64,000 bases of DNA from Dehalococcoidia bacterium (GCA_965200975.1 OZ241740.1:1925836-1989835); one strand, 5' to 3'. Positions 49,059-59,982 are shown, counted from the stretch's first letter. Numbers and translations: made by a program. Notes: generated from the sequence alone by a model not told the origin.

Positions 49059-49946
49059 ATGACCGCAACCGTAATCGACGGAAAGCTGATGGCCGAACAG
49101 ATCCGCGGCGAAGTCGCCGAGGCGGCGCTGGATCTGCAGGAACGCGCAGGAGTCACGCCCGGGCTGGCCGCCGTCCTCGTGGGCGACGATCCCGCCTCCG
49201 CCGTGTACGTCCGCAACAAGCGCCGCGCCTGCGACGAGGCCGGAATGCTCAGCGACTCCATTCATCTGCCGGCGGAGACGACCCAGCAAGAGCTGATCGA
49301 TATGGTCGCGCAGCTGAACGCCGACCCCAAGTTCCACGGCATCCTTGTGCAGCTGCCCCTGCCGGCGCACATCGACGAGCAGGCAGTGATCCTCGCCGTC
49401 GACCCGGACAAGGACGTCGACGGCATGCATCCCGTCAACAGCGGGCGTCTGCTTGCGGGGACGCCCCGCTTTCTCCCGGCGACGCCGGCAGGCGTGCAAC
49501 AGATGCTCGTGCGCTCGGGAAACGATCCCGGCGGCAAGCACGTTGTGGCGCTCGGGCGCAGCAACATCGTGGGCAAGCCTCTCGCCGCGCTGCTGATGCA
49601 GAAAGCCCCCGGCGCGAACGCGACGGTTACGGTCTGCCACACTGCAACGCGGAACACGGCGGAGCTGACCCGCCAGGCCGACATCATCGTGGCCGCAATC
49701 GGACGCCCGCGCGCGCTGACGGCGGATATGACGCGGGAGGGCGCGGTCGTCATCGACGTCGGCATCAACCGCGTAGACGATCCCACGCGGAAGTCCGGCT
49801 ACCGGCTCGTGGGCGACGTCGACTACGACGCCGTGGCCGAGAAGGCGTCGGCCATCACTCCCGTCCCCGGCGGCGTCGGCCCTATGACCATCGCCATGCT
49901 CCTGACCAACACGCTAAGGGCGGCGGAGTTAGGCGGCGGGGGTTAG
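49059..49946 (+). CDS. folD: methylenetetrahydrofolate dehydrogenase/cyclohydrolase
   Basis: [39 protein letters not shown]. Confidence 0.96.
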   Translation: MTATVIDGKLMAEQIRGEVAEAALDLQERAGVTPGLAAVLVGDDPASAVYVRNKRRACDEAGMLSDSIHLPAETTQQELIDMVAQLNADPKFHGILVQLPLPAHIDEQAVILAVDPDKDVDGMHPVNSGRLLAGTPRFLPATPAGVQQMLVRSGNDPGGKHVVALGRSNIVGKPLAALLMQKAPGANATVTVCHTATRNTAELTRQADIIVAAIGRPRALTADMTREGAVVIDVGINRVDDPTRKSGYRLVGDVDYDAVAEKASAITPVPGGVGPMTIAMLLTNTLRAAELGGGG

Positions 49947-49973
49947 GAGCAAGGGCGCCGGGCGCGGCAGTCC

Positions 49974-50438
49974 CTAATCCCGCACTTCGTAGAGCGACTC
50001 GACCTCGACGGCGGCGCCGCCGGGGAGCGAGCCAGCGCCGTACGCGACGCGAGCATGCCGTCCCGCCTCGCCGAACACCTCGACCATCAGGTCGGAGAAG
50101 CCGTTGATGACTGCGGGCTGCTGCGCGAAGTCCGGCGGCGCGTTCACGAGCCCCATCACGCGGACGACGCGAGCGATCTTGTCGAGGTCGCCCAGCCCGG
50201 CCCTGGCGGCGGCAAGGGCGAAGAGTCCGCAGACGCGCGCGGCCTGGTACGCCTCCTCGACCTCCATCGTCTCCCCCATCTTGCCCGCGACTATCTGACC
50301 GGCGGCGTCGCGAGGCACCTGCCCGGCCACGAACAGCAGACTGCCCGACCGGACCGCGGGAATGTAGTTGGCTACGGGAGCGGACGTCGCGGGCAGCTCG
50401 ATCCCGAGTTCGCTCAGTCGTTCTTCGATTGCAGACAT
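49974..50438 (-). CDS. RidA/YjgF family protein
   Basis: PVANY, VAGQ, VINGFSDL, GRHAR, LP..AAVEVE. Confidence 0.9.
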   Translation of the reverse strand: MSAIEERLSELGIELPATSAPVANYIPAVRSGSLLFVAGQVPRDAAGQIVAGKMGETMEVEEAYQAARVCGLFALAAARAGLGDLDKIARVVRVMGLVNAPPDFAQQPAVINGFSDLMVEVFGEAGRHARVAYGAGSLPGGAAVEVESLYEVRD

Positions 50439-50577
50439 ACGCGATTGCTCCTGAAATAGCGTTGCGCGCCGTCCGCCTGCGTCGTGCGCCGGCGGACAGG
50501 CGACGGCAGGAATGATAGCAGGCGAGGCGCCTCCGGCGCGGGCCGCGCTAGAATCTCAGCATCTCCTGGAGGCTGCT

Positions 50578-52185
50578 ATGGACAACAACGTGTACTACCA
50601 GAACCTCGATCCGTTCTCGTTCCTGGAACGGAGCGCCTTCGTATATCCCGATAAGCCTGCGGTCATCTACGGAGAGCGCGTGTACACGTACCGCGAGCTG
50701 CGCGAGCGCGTCGACCGGCTCGCCTCCGCGCTGCAGGAAGCCGGCGTGGCGAAGGGCGACCGCGTGGCCTGCATCGCGCCCAACATCCCTCCCATGCTCG
50801 AGGCGCACTACGGGCCAATGAGCATCGGCGCGGCGCTCGTGGCCGTCAACACGCGCCTCTCGCCCCGCGAGGTCGCCTACATCCTCAACCACTCGCAGGC
50901 CAAGGCGCTCATATTCGACTCCGAGTTCGCTCCGCTTGTGCGGCAGATCCGCAGCGAGATCCCCGGGGTCGAGCTCTTCGTTCAGATAGCCGACGAGCAT
51001 CCCCTCGACCCCGACATCCCCGGGCCGGAGTACGAGGAGTTCCTCGCGTCGGCCCCGCCCGGGGGACGCCGCGACCCGGTCGATTCGGAGCTCGACACTA
51101 TCTGCGTCAACTACACGTCGGGCACTACCGGAATGCCGAAGGGCGTGCAGTACCACGGGCGCGGGGCTTACCTGAATGCGCTGGGCGAGGTCATCGAGAT
51201 GGGGCTGACCTGGCGCGCCGTGTACCTCTGGACGCTGCCGATGTTCCATTGCAACGGCTGGTGCCTCACCTGGGCGGTTACGGCAGCCGGCGGAACGCAC
51301 GTATGCCTGCGGCGCGTCGATCCCGCTCTCGTTTACGAACTCATCGAGCAGCGCGGGGTTACGCATCTGTGCGGAGCCCCGACGGTGCTGACCGGCATGT
51401 ACGCCTCGCCTGCAGCCGAGGGACGCGACCTCTCCGGCGTCACGATCGCGACGGGCGGGGCGCCCCCCGCGCCGCAGGTCGTGCGGACGATGGAGTCGAT
51501 GGGCGCGACCATCATCCACCTCTACGGCCTCACCGAAACGTACGGGCCCATCACTATCTGCGAACCCCAACCGGAGTGGGACGCGATGACTCCCGACGAG
51601 CTCGCAGTGGCGAAAGCCAAGCAGGGGATGCCCTACATCCATGCCGGAATCGGCATCCGCGTTGTCGACGAGCAGATGCAGGACGCCCCGCGGGACGGTC
51701 AAACGATGGGCGAGGTCGTTATGCGCGCGAACGGCGTGATGAAGGGGTACCTCGACGATCCGGAAGCGACCGCCGCAGCGTTCGCAGGCGGGTGGTTCCA
51801 TTCGGGCGACCTGGCCGTGTGGCATCCCGACGGGCAAATCGAACTGCAAGACCGCGCCAAGGACGTCATCATCTCCGGCGGAGAGAACATATCGAGCCAG
51901 CAGATCGAGAAAGTGATTATGGAGCACCCCGGCGTCCTCGAGGTGTCGGTGGTCGCCGTGCCGGACGACCGTTGGGGGGAAGTCCCCAAGGCGTTCGTCG
52001 TGCCGCGCGAGGGCGCTCCGTTGACCGCCGAGGAGATCATCGCGTTCTGCCGGGAGCGCATCGCCCATTTCAAAGCGCCAAAGCACGTGGAGTTCGGCGA
52101 CCTTCCGAAAACCGCAACAGGCAAAATCCAGAAGTACGTCCTCCGCGAGCGCGAGTGGGCAGGCCGCGAAAAGCGCATCCAGTAA
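50578..52185 (+). CDS. acyl-CoA synthetase (AMP-forming, AAE/DmdB-like subfamily)
   Basis: YTSGTTGMPKG, LPMFHCNGW, YGLTETYGP, WFHSGD, DVIISGGENIS, LPKTATGKIQK. Confidence 0.9.
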   Translation: MDNNVYYQNLDPFSFLERSAFVYPDKPAVIYGERVYTYRELRERVDRLASALQEAGVAKGDRVACIAPNIPPMLEAHYGPMSIGAALVAVNTRLSPREVAYILNHSQAKALIFDSEFAPLVRQIRSEIPGVELFVQIADEHPLDPDIPGPEYEEFLASAPPGGRRDPVDSELDTICVNYTSGTTGMPKGVQYHGRGAYLNALGEVIEMGLTWRAVYLWTLPMFHCNGWCLTWAVTAAGGTHVCLRRVDPALVYELIEQRGVTHLCGAPTVLTGMYASPAAEGRDLSGVTIATGGAPPAPQVVRTMESMGATIIHLYGLTETYGPITICEPQPEWDAMTPDELAVAKAKQGMPYIHAGIGIRVVDEQMQDAPRDGQTMGEVVMRANGVMKGYLDDPEATAAAFAGGWFHSGDLAVWHPDGQIELQDRAKDVIISGGENISSQQIEKVIMEHPGVLEVSVVAVPDDRWGEVPKAFVVPREGAPLTAEEIIAFCRERIAHFKAPKHVEFGDLPKTATGKIQKYVLREREWAGREKRIQ

Positions 52186-52245
52186 CAGCGCCAACCGGGG
52201 ACTCCGGGGGCAAGCCGCGGGATGGGACGCGGGACGAGGGACGCG

Positions 52246-53070
52246 TCACGCCAGCAGGCGAACTCCGGCGACGAGAAGGCCTGCGCCGAGGACGCCCAGC
52301 ACGAGCCGCGCGCTCACGCGCGACGCCAACCGCACCCCGATCTGCGCCCCCGGAAGCGTCCCCAGACCAACGACTCCCGCCAGCGCCCACCAGCCGCTCC
52401 CGCCGGCGTCGGCGACAAGGTGCACAGCGAGCGCCGCAGCCGAGGCCACTGCAAGCTCCGCCTGCGACGTGGCCGCCGCGACCCGCGCGGGCATCCGCAG
52501 CGCAAGAATCATGAACGGCACGTTGATGATTCCCCCGCCAATGCCGAAAAAGCCTGCAAAGAAGCCGGCAGCCGGCGCAACCGATGCGGCCAGCGGCTCG
52601 TTCACCCGGTACTCGAACCTCGCGCCGTCGCGCTGCGTAATCACGCGCTCCCTCCCGGTCGCCGAGGGCACCTTCTCGCCGCGTTCCAACACGCTGCGGA
52701 CGACCAGGTAGAGGGCGCCGAGCAAGAGGACGGCGCCGAAAATCGTCTCAAACGGCGCACGGTCGATAACGCGCGTAACCAGCGCGCCGACAATGGCCGC
52801 CGGCGCCGCAAAGATGATGAGTATCAGCGCGGTGCGGAAGTCCTGCGTCCGCCTGCGCCGGTAGCCGACGCTAGCCGACAGCGCGTTGAGGAGCACAGCG
52901 GTCAGCGAGATGCTCGTAATCTGCGCGGGAGTCGCATCGGGATAGAGCAGGAGCAGCGCCGGAACAAGGAGAAAACCGCCCCCGACGCCGACCGTCGCTC
53001 CGACTGCGCCCACAGAGAGGCCCAGCCCGGCAAGGACTGCGGACTGGCCGATGGTCAGCTCGGGCAGCAT
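52246..53070 (-). CDS. TauE/SafE (sulfite exporter) family membrane protein
   Basis: GVGGGFLLVP and GIGGGIINVP repeated motifs, AAATS. Confidence 0.88.
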   Translation of the reverse strand: MLPELTIGQSAVLAGLGLSVGAVGATVGVGGGFLLVPALLLLYPDATPAQITSISLTAVLLNALSASVGYRRRRTQDFRTALILIIFAAPAAIVGALVTRVIDRAPFETIFGAVLLLGALYLVVRSVLERGEKVPSATGRERVITQRDGARFEYRVNEPLAASVAPAAGFFAGFFGIGGGIINVPFMILALRMPARVAAATSQAELAVASAAALAVHLVADAGGSGWWALAGVVGLGTLPGAQIGVRLASRVSARLVLGVLGAGLLVAGVRLLA

Positions 53071-53087
53071 TGGGCGACTCTAACGCA

Positions 53088-54914
53088 TCACGAAGGCGAG
53101 GGCGAAGACTCTTCCTTGTCCTTGCCGGGCAACACTGCAAGCCGAAGCTCCGCGAGCTGCTCCCGGTCGACCGGCGACGGCGCGCCGAACAGCGGATCGA
53201 CCCCTATCTGCGTCTTGGGGAACGCAATGGTGTCGCGGATCGATTCCGCCGTGTCGGACAGCAGCATGACGAGGCGATCGATGCCGCCGGCGAACCCGCC
53301 GTGAGGCGGCGCGCCGTACTCGAACGCCTCGAGGAGATGCCCGAACTGCGCCTCCACATTCTCCGGGGAGTGTCCCAGCGTCCGGAAGATGCGCTCCTGC
53401 ATCTCGCGCTGATGGATGCGGATGCTGCCGCCCGCAAGCTCGTAGCCGTTCGCCGCGAGGTCGTAGGCGTTCGAGACCACAGCGCCGGGGTCGGCCTCGA
53501 GCGCCTCCCACTGCCCTTCGGACGGCGACGTAAACGGATGGTGCACCGAGTCCCACCGGCCCTCATTCCCGTTCCAGTCGAACAGCGGGAAGTCCGAGAC
53601 AAGGCAGAGCGCGATCGTGGCGGGGTCGGCGAGGCCGAGGCGGTCGGCGATGTTGAGCCGCAGCTGTCCCAGCACGGTTTCGGCCTGCGCTTTCGGGCCT
53701 GCGGCGATGAGCAGCAAGTCGCCCGGAGCAGCCTCGCAGAGGCCGGCGATGGCCTTTATCTCGTCCAGTGAGAGCGCCCGCGCAGGGGTGCGGACGTGCT
53801 CGGACGTGAGCGCGTCGAGCGTTCCGGCGGACTCGTCGAGCGCGATGACTACTAGCCCCTGCGCGCCGTAACGCTTCGCAAGCTCGATGAGCTCGTCGGC
53901 CTGACGGCGAGGAATTGCCGCCATGCCGGGAGCGGCGAACCCTTTCACTACGCCGCCAGCGGCGACTGCGCCGGCGAACACGCGGAACTCGGAGCCGGCG
54001 ACGATAGCCGACAGGTCGGCGAGTTCGAGCCCGAACCGGATGTCGGGCTTGTCGCTGCCGAAGCGGGCCATGGCCTCGTCGTAGGTGAACCGGGGAACAG
54101 GCTGAGGAACGTCCTTGTCGGGGCGGACGGCGGCGATGAGCTTGACGTAGAGGTCAGCCATCAGATCCATTACATCGTCGCGCTCGACGAACGCCATTTC
54201 GAGGTCGAGCTGGGTGAACTCCGGAAGGCGGTCGGCTCGCGGGTCTTCGTCGCGGAAGCAGCGCGCGATCTGGAAGTAGCGGTCGGCGCCCGCGACCATC
54301 AGGAGCTGCTTGAGCTGCTGGGGCGACTGCGGCAGGGCGTAGAAGCTGCCGGCGTGGATGCGGCTGGGCACGAGGAAGTCGCGGGCGCCCTCCGGCGTGC
54401 TCTTGATGAGAATCGGCGTCTCTACCTCAACGAACCCGCGCTCGTCGAGGTAGTCGCGGATGAACTTCACCACGTCGTGGCGGAGCTTGAGGTTCTCGCG
54501 CATAAAGGGGCGCCGCAGGTCGAGGTAGCGGTAGCGCATCCGCAACAGCTCATCGACCTGGCCATCCTGGCTCACGTCGAACGGAGGCGTTTTGGCGGCG
54601 TTGAGCACGACGGCGCGCGAGGCGAGCACCTCAACCTCGCCCGTAGGGAGGTTCGGGTTGGCCGTGCCCTCGGGACGCTGCTGCGCCATGCCCGTAATCT
54701 GCACGACCCACTCGCTACGGAACTGTTCGGCAGTCCGGAAGGCGTCGGGAGCGTCCTCGGGATGGAAGACGACCTGCGCTACGCCGTCGCTGTCGCGCAA
54801 GTCGATGAAAATCAGCCCTCCGTGGTCGCGCCGGCGGCGCACCCATCCGGCAAGGGTTACTTCCTGGCCTGCATGTTCGAGGCGCAAAGCGCCGCACGCG
54901 ATAGACTTCAGCAA
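53088..54914 (-). CDS. aspS: aspartyl-tRNA synthetase
   Basis: RRDHGGLIFIDLRD, STPEGARDFLVPSR, CFRDED, PPHGGFAGGIDR. Confidence 0.97.
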   Translation of the reverse strand: MLKSIACGALRLEHAGQEVTLAGWVRRRRDHGGLIFIDLRDSDGVAQVVFHPEDAPDAFRTAEQFRSEWVVQITGMAQQRPEGTANPNLPTGEVEVLASRAVVLNAAKTPPFDVSQDGQVDELLRMRYRYLDLRRPFMRENLKLRHDVVKFIRDYLDERGFVEVETPILIKSTPEGARDFLVPSRIHAGSFYALPQSPQQLKQLLMVAGADRYFQIARCFRDEDPRADRLPEFTQLDLEMAFVERDDVMDLMADLYVKLIAAVRPDKDVPQPVPRFTYDEAMARFGSDKPDIRFGLELADLSAIVAGSEFRVFAGAVAAGGVVKGFAAPGMAAIPRRQADELIELAKRYGAQGLVVIALDESAGTLDALTSEHVRTPARALSLDEIKAIAGLCEAAPGDLLLIAAGPKAQAETVLGQLRLNIADRLGLADPATIALCLVSDFPLFDWNGNEGRWDSVHHPFTSPSEGQWEALEADPGAVVSNAYDLAANGYELAGGSIRIHQREMQERIFRTLGHSPENVEAQFGHLLEAFEYGAPPHGGFAGGIDRLVMLLSDTAESIRDTIAFPKTQIGVDPLFGAPSPVDREQLAELRLAVLPGKDKEESSPSPS

Positions 54915-54938
54915 GGCGATCTACGCAGATACGGCGAG

Positions 54939-55175
54939 TTACATTTCGCCGAACGGGTCGGCGCTGCCCGCGTCGCGGGCCTGCCGTCGGTGCAAGGCGG
55001 CGTGCACATTGGCGAGCGCGTTCTCCACCGGGCCGTCTTCGCCCGATTCGAGGCGGTCGACGAGCATTTCGACGCCGCCCTGGGCCAGCTCGACCGCCTG
55101 CCTCACGCCGAGGACAAACACGCCAAGTAAGACAAAGCGTAAGAGCATCTGTATCAGGCCGAGCATATAGGGCAA
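54939..55175 (-). CDS. small hypothetical membrane protein
   Basis: Hydrophobic N-terminus; GGAGG RBS; directly upstream of aspS. Confidence 0.45.
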   Translation of the reverse strand: MPYMLGLIQMLLRFVLLGVFVLGVRQAVELAQGGVEMLVDRLESGEDGPVENALANVHAALHRRQARDAGSADPFGEM

Positions 55176-55254
55176 CCTCCAAGGCGCCGGTGCGCGCTAA
55201 CTGTCCGTCTACTCTATCACAACAGCGCCCCGCGAACAGAAAAACCAAGCCGCC

Positions 55255-56390
55255 ATCCCAAATCTCACGAGGGGAGTCTGGGGAATCCCAAATTTCACGA
55301 GGGGGTCTGGGGGAACGGACGCTCTTCTCAGCGAGCGCCCCGGCTGCCAGGGGGTCTGGGGGAGCGGACGCTCTCCCAGCTGCTGCGCAACCGCCCCGCC
55401 CGCCCATAACAGCCCCCAGCGCAACGCAATGAGCGCTGTCTGCTGCTGATGGCGGCGCCGCCTTGCCGGAACTCCCGGACGCTTGCCCAGAGCACGCCGG
55501 CTTGCCGACAACTCCCGGGAGAGAGTTCTCTCCCCCGGACCCCCTCATTATTGCTCCTCTTCCCGCGCGCTCCGGCCTGCCAGCGGGCGCCGCCCGCACT
55601 GCCCCAGGGGCTGCCAGGGGGTCTGGGGGAGCGGACGCTCTCCCAGCTGCTGCGCAACCGCCCCGCCCGCCCATAGCAGCTCCCTGCGCAACGCAATGAG
55701 CGCTGTCTGCTGCTGATGGCGGCGCCGCCTTGCCGGAACTCCCGGACGCTTGCCCAGAGCACGCCGGCTTGCCGACAACTCCCGGGAGAGAGTTCTCTCC
55801 CCCGGACCCCCTCATTATTGCTCCTCTTCCCGCGCGCTCCGGCCTGCCAGCGGGGCCGCCCGCCCTGCCCCGGCTGCCAGGGGGCGCCGCCCGCAATTGC
55901 CCCCGGCTGCCAGGGGGTCTGGGGGAGCGGACGCTCTCCCAGCTGCTACGCAACCGCCCCGCCCGCCCATAGCAGCTCCCTGCGCAACGCAATGAGCGCT
56001 GTCTGCTGCTGATGGCGGCGCCGCCTTGCCGGAACTCCCGGACGCTTGCCCAGAGCACGCCGGCTTGTCGACAACTCCCGGGAGAGAGTTCTCTCCCCCG
56101 GACCCCCTCATTATTGCTCCTCTTCCCGCGCGCTCCGGCCTGCCAGCGGGCGCCGCCCGCACTGCCCCAGGGGCTGCCAGGGGGTCTGGGGGAGCGGACG
56201 CTCTCCCAGCTGCTGCGCAACCGCCCCGCCCGCCCATAGCAGCTCCCTGCGCAACGCAATGAGCGCTGTCTGCTGTTGGGGGCGGCGCCGCCTTGCCGGA
56301 ACTCCCGGACGCTTGCCCAGAGCACGCCGGCTTGCCGACAACTCCCGGGAGAGAGTTCTCTCCCTCGGACCCCCTCGTTATTCTCCAGTG
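55255..56390. repeat. BIME-like tandem array of about four 267-296-bp units, each with two inverted REP-like elements
   Basis: X copies at 55350, 55617, 55913, 56180; inverted Y copies at 55515, 55782, 56078, 56345. Confidence 0.92.
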
Positions 56391-56402
56391 GGGGGGGGAG
56401 AG

Positions 56403-56708
56403 CTACCCCTGCGCGCGGAGCGAGCGGATGATCTCCAGCGCTTCCGCATAGTCGTCGCGGTGGACGCGCACCGAGGTCAGCCGCTGCGGGAGTATCCGCG
56501 CAATGTCGGGCATGCCTATCGTCTTCAGTTTCACCCGCAAACCACGCTCGGCAAGCTCGCGGTGCACAGCCTGGGCGCGGTCGCGGTTCCTGGAGCCCCA
56601 CGCAATATCGATCTCGACGTACATCCGCGCCTCGCGGAACGCCCGGCAATACCAGACAACGCCGAAAACGAGGAGAAGCGCGGCGGCCAGCGCGACGAAC
56701 AGCTCCAT
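56403..56708 (-). CDS. hypothetical membrane-anchored protein (DUF2007/PII-like small domain)
   Basis: N-terminal TM; LAERGLRVK...VRVHRDDYAEALEII. Confidence 0.6.
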   Translation of the reverse strand: MELFVALAAALLLVFGVVWYCRAFREARMYVEIDIAWGSRNRDRAQAVHRELAERGLRVKLKTIGMPDIARILPQRLTSVRVHRDDYAEALEIIRSLRAQG

Positions 56709-56711
56709 CCC

Positions 56712-57938
56712 TCAGCCCGCCTCCTGCCCGCCCGATGGCCGACGGTTGGCGAGCAGCCCCGCCACCCGGTCGAGGATGGCTGCGGCGAGGTCGTACTTGG
56801 CCATCAGCGGCAGTTCCTCCTCGCCCTGCGCGTCCACCAGCCACGCCTTGTTGACCTCGGCCCCGAACCCGGAGTCCGGCAGCGTAATGTCGTTCGCCAC
56901 AACAAGCTCGACCCCCTTGTCGCGGAGCTTCGAGCGCGCGTTCGCAAGCAGGTCGTCGCTCTCCGCTGCAAACGCCACGCGCACGATATCTGCGGGGGCG
57001 CCCGCGATGATGTCGGGCGTCCGCTCCATCTCGACGGCGATAGCAGCCGACTCCGCGCGCTTGATCTTGCGCGCGCTGGGGGCCGAGGGGCGGTAATCGG
57101 CGGCGGCGGCGGCCATCACCAGCGCGTCCGCCCCGCGCGACGCCTCATGCACGGCGTCCCGCATCTGCTCGGTCGTCTCGACCGCGACGACGCGAACGCC
57201 GGCAGGATCGGGCAGCGCAGTCGGCGCCTTCACTAGCACGACGCCGGCGCCCCGGTCGCGCGCAGCCTCGGCTATGGCGTAGCCCATCTTGCCCGACGAG
57301 CGGTTCGTCACCACCCGCACGGGGTCGATCGGCTCCTGCGCGCCTCCTGCGCTGACGACGATGACGCGGCCTGCGAGGTCGCCATTCGCGCCGAGCGCCT
57401 GCGCGATGCGCCCCATCAGCTCCGGCGTTTCGGCGAGCCTTCCCCATCCGTAGAGGCCGGAGGCCAGCCGCCCGCGCCCCGGCCCGACGATAACCGCGCC
57501 GCGCTCCGTCAGTGTCCGGACGTTGCGCTGGACTGCGGGGGCGTTCCACATATTGGCGTCCATCGCCGGCGCGACGATGAGCGGAGCGGTCGTCGCCAGC
57601 GCGACGACGCTGATCGGGTCGTCGGCCAGCCCGAGCGCGAGCTTGGCGAGCATATGGGCCGTCGCCGGCGCGACGATAAGGGCGTCGGCCTTTTCGGCAA
57701 GAGCGATATGCTCGACCGCGTCGGGCGAATCGGCGTCGAACAGGTCGGTTATGACCGGCCTGTGGGTGACGCTGCGGAACGTGAGCGGCGTTACGAAGCG
57801 CGTCGCCGAATAGGTCATGAGCGCGTCGACGGCGGCGCCGGCCTGCGTCAGCTTGCTCGCCAGGTCGGCGGCCTTGTACGCGGCGATGCTGCCGGTTACG
57901 CCGAGCAGCAGGCGCTTGCCTTCGAACGGGCCGCTCAT
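56712..57938 (-). CDS. coaBC: phosphopantothenoylcysteine decarboxylase/ligase
   Basis: GVTGSIAAYKA, APATA, APAMDANMW, EPIDPVR, NRSSGKMG, FAAES. Confidence 0.95.
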   Translation of the reverse strand: MSGPFEGKRLLLGVTGSIAAYKAADLASKLTQAGAAVDALMTYSATRFVTPLTFRSVTHRPVITDLFDADSPDAVEHIALAEKADALIVAPATAHMLAKLALGLADDPISVVALATTAPLIVAPAMDANMWNAPAVQRNVRTLTERGAVIVGPGRGRLASGLYGWGRLAETPELMGRIAQALGANGDLAGRVIVVSAGGAQEPIDPVRVVTNRSSGKMGYAIAEAARDRGAGVVLVKAPTALPDPAGVRVVAVETTEQMRDAVHEASRGADALVMAAAAADYRPSAPSARKIKRAESAAIAVEMERTPDIIAGAPADIVRVAFAAESDDLLANARSKLRDKGVELVVANDITLPDSGFGAEVNKAWLVDAQGEEELPLMAKYDLAAAILDRVAGLLANRRPSGGQEAG

Positions 57939-58726
57939 CGCTTGATCTCCGGCTGCGGCGCGTGGTTGAGCGCATAGATGCGCTTGAGGCCGCGCAATGT
58001 GAGGTCGGGGTCGACGACGTCGAATATCGCCGTGTGCGCCGCGATAAGCGACACGAGCCCGCCGGTCCCTACAATAGCGGCTTCCGGCTCGCCCATCTCG
58101 TCCCTGAACCGGCGGACCATCGACTCGATCAGCCCCGTGAAGCCGTAGACCAGCCCCGACTGTATCGACGCGGCGGTGTTTCTGCCGATGGCGCGTTCGG
58201 GCGCGGCCAGATCGACCCGCCGCAGCATCGAGGTGTTCGACACAAGCGCCTCGCGCGCCAGCCCGATGCCCACGGAGATGGCGCCGCCGAGATAGCAGCC
58301 GTCGGCGGAGACGGCGTCGAGCACTGTGGCGGTGCCGAGGTCGACGACGATGGCGGGGCCGCCGTAGAAGTGCAAGGCTGCGGCGGCGTCGACTACCCGG
58401 TCGGCGCCGACGTCGTGCGGGCTGTCGTACAGCACGCGAATCCCCGTTCGCGCGCCCGCCCCCACGGTAAGGGGATCGACCGAGAAGAGCGCGCGCGCAA
58501 CGTCCTCGAACACGCCGGTGAGAGGCGGCACGACGCTGCAGAGCGCCACGCTATCGATCTCCGCAGGGGCGACGCCTTTCATCGGGAGCAGGTCGCGCAG
58601 CTGCAGCGCGTACTCGTCGCCGAGCCGCTGCGAGTCGGTGGCGATGCGCCAACTCGCGGCGAGTTCGTCGCCGTCGAACGCGCCGATGGTCACGTTCGTA
58701 TTCCCGATGTCGAGGGCAAGCAGCAT
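57935..58726 (-). CDS. coaX: type III pantothenate kinase
   Basis: LALDIGNTN, VGADR, VDLGTAT, TGG, LTLRGL. Confidence 0.95.
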   Translation of the reverse strand: MLLALDIGNTNVTIGAFDGDELAASWRIATDSQRLGDEYALQLRDLLPMKGVAPAEIDSVALCSVVPPLTGVFEDVARALFSVDPLTVGAGARTGIRVLYDSPHDVGADRVVDAAAALHFYGGPAIVVDLGTATVLDAVSADGCYLGGAISVGIGLAREALVSNTSMLRRVDLAAPERAIGRNTAASIQSGLVYGFTGLIESMVRRFRDEMGEPEAAIVGTGGLVSLIAAHTAIFDVVDPDLTLRGLKRIYALNHAPQPEIKR

Positions 58727-58755
58727 ACAGCGCGGATTATAGCCGCCCCGTCCTG

Positions 58756-59982
58756 CTAGGAGGCGGACGACGAGCGCGAGGCGGGCGAAAGCAGCGCGGC
58801 GACAACGACAAGCACGATGAGAAATATCGCAATCTCTATCAGAAAGACGCTCCGCAAGCCCCACGCCACCACTGCCGCTCCGCCCGCAAGCGGCCCGAGG
58901 GCGACCCCGACGGCGTGCGACACCTGCGCCGCTCCAAACGACGCGCCGTGGCTGGCCGCCGGCGAGCGCATCGCGATGAGCCCGTTCACGAGCCCGCCCA
59001 GCCCTCCGGCGCAGAGCGAGATCGCAAGCAGCCCCGCCGCCAGCGCGAGGTAGTCGCCGGCAAAGTACGGAATGAGCGTCGCCGCTCCGGCGCCCGCCGC
59101 CGCTCCCATCAGCACCTTCCGGATGCTGAAGCGTCCCGCGAGCCAGCCGATGAGCACCGCCGACGCCGCGGCGCCGATGCCCATCGCCGCGAACACGAGG
59201 CCCGACGCCGTTCCGGAGTCCGACCCGCCTTCGACCGTCTCCACGAGCCCCGGTATCGCGGGCTGTATCACCAGGTTGCCCGCAAGCACGAGGAAGACGA
59301 CAAGGTAGAGGGGGAGCATCGCGCGGGAGGTGCTCATCCTCCACATGCCGGCGAACGGCTGGAGCAGGCCGCCGCCGGACGGCGCAGGGCGGAAGTCTTC
59401 GCGCACGAGCGCGATGACGAGCAGCATCGACGCCCAGAGCACGCCGCCGGTGGCCATGAACGCGGCGCGCATCCCCCACGCGTCGTAGATGAGCCCGCCG
59501 AACAGCGGCCCGAGCGCGATGCCCAGGAAGAGCGCCGACTGCACCGCGCCGGCGGCGAATGTGATGCGCTCGCGCGGGGTGTGCGCGGCCACCAGCGCCA
59601 TAATCGTCGGCAGCACTCCGCTCGTGGCCCCGATGACGAACCGCGACGCCATCAGCTGCAGCGGCGTCTGCGAGAAGCCCGAGAGGGTGAGGAATATCCC
59701 GCCGAGCGCGAGCGCGCGCACCACGTTCAGCTTCCGCCCGTACCGGTCGCCGACGACACCCCAGATTGGGCTGAACAGCCCCATGCCTACGCCGAACACC
59801 CAGCCCGCAATGCCGGCCCAGAACGCGGCCTCCTCGGTGGTGAAGTTGCCTATCTCCTCGAAGAAGAGCGGGTAGAACGGAAAGGTGAACGAGAACCCCA
59901 GCGTCGTGCCCGCCTGTGCGAACCACAGCGCCACAAGGTTCGCCTTCCACGAAACAGCGCCGGAACGGGTTGGGGATGCCAC
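58756..59982 (-). CDS. MFS transporter (MdtG/DHA1-like)
   Basis: WKANL, FSPIWGVVGDRYGRK, 12 predicted TM segments. Confidence 0.88.
   Translation of the reverse strand: MASPTRSGAVSWKANLVALWFAQAGTTLGFSFTFPFYPLFFEEIGNFTTEEAAFWAGIAGWVFGVGMGLFSPIWGVVGDRYGRKLNVVRALALGGIFLTLSGFSQTPLQLMASRFVIGATSGVLPTIMALVAAHTPRERITFAAGAVQSALFLGIALGPLFGGLIYDAWGMRAAFMATGGVLWASMLLVIALVREDFRPAPSGGGLLQPFAGMWRMSTSRAMLPLYLVVFLVLAGNLVIQPAIPGLVETVEGGSDSGTASGLVFAAMGIGAAASAVLIGWLAGRFSIRKVLMGAAAGAGAATLIPYFAGDYLALAAGLLAISLCAGGLGGLVNGLIAMRSPAASHGASFGAAQVSHAVGVALGPLAGGAAVVAWGLRSVFLIEIAIFLIVLVVVAALLSPASRSSSAS

Noticed and set aside
55255-56390. CRISPR array
   Set aside because: Sequences between repeats are near-identical rather than unique, the period is 267-296 bp, repeats alternate in orientation, and there are no cas genes.
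54715-56844. 709-aa repetitive ORF and the many LGERPLPQTPW / GRASAPPDP peptides
   Set aside because: These are translations of the GC-rich DNA repeat; frames shift between units and the ORF overlaps real genes.
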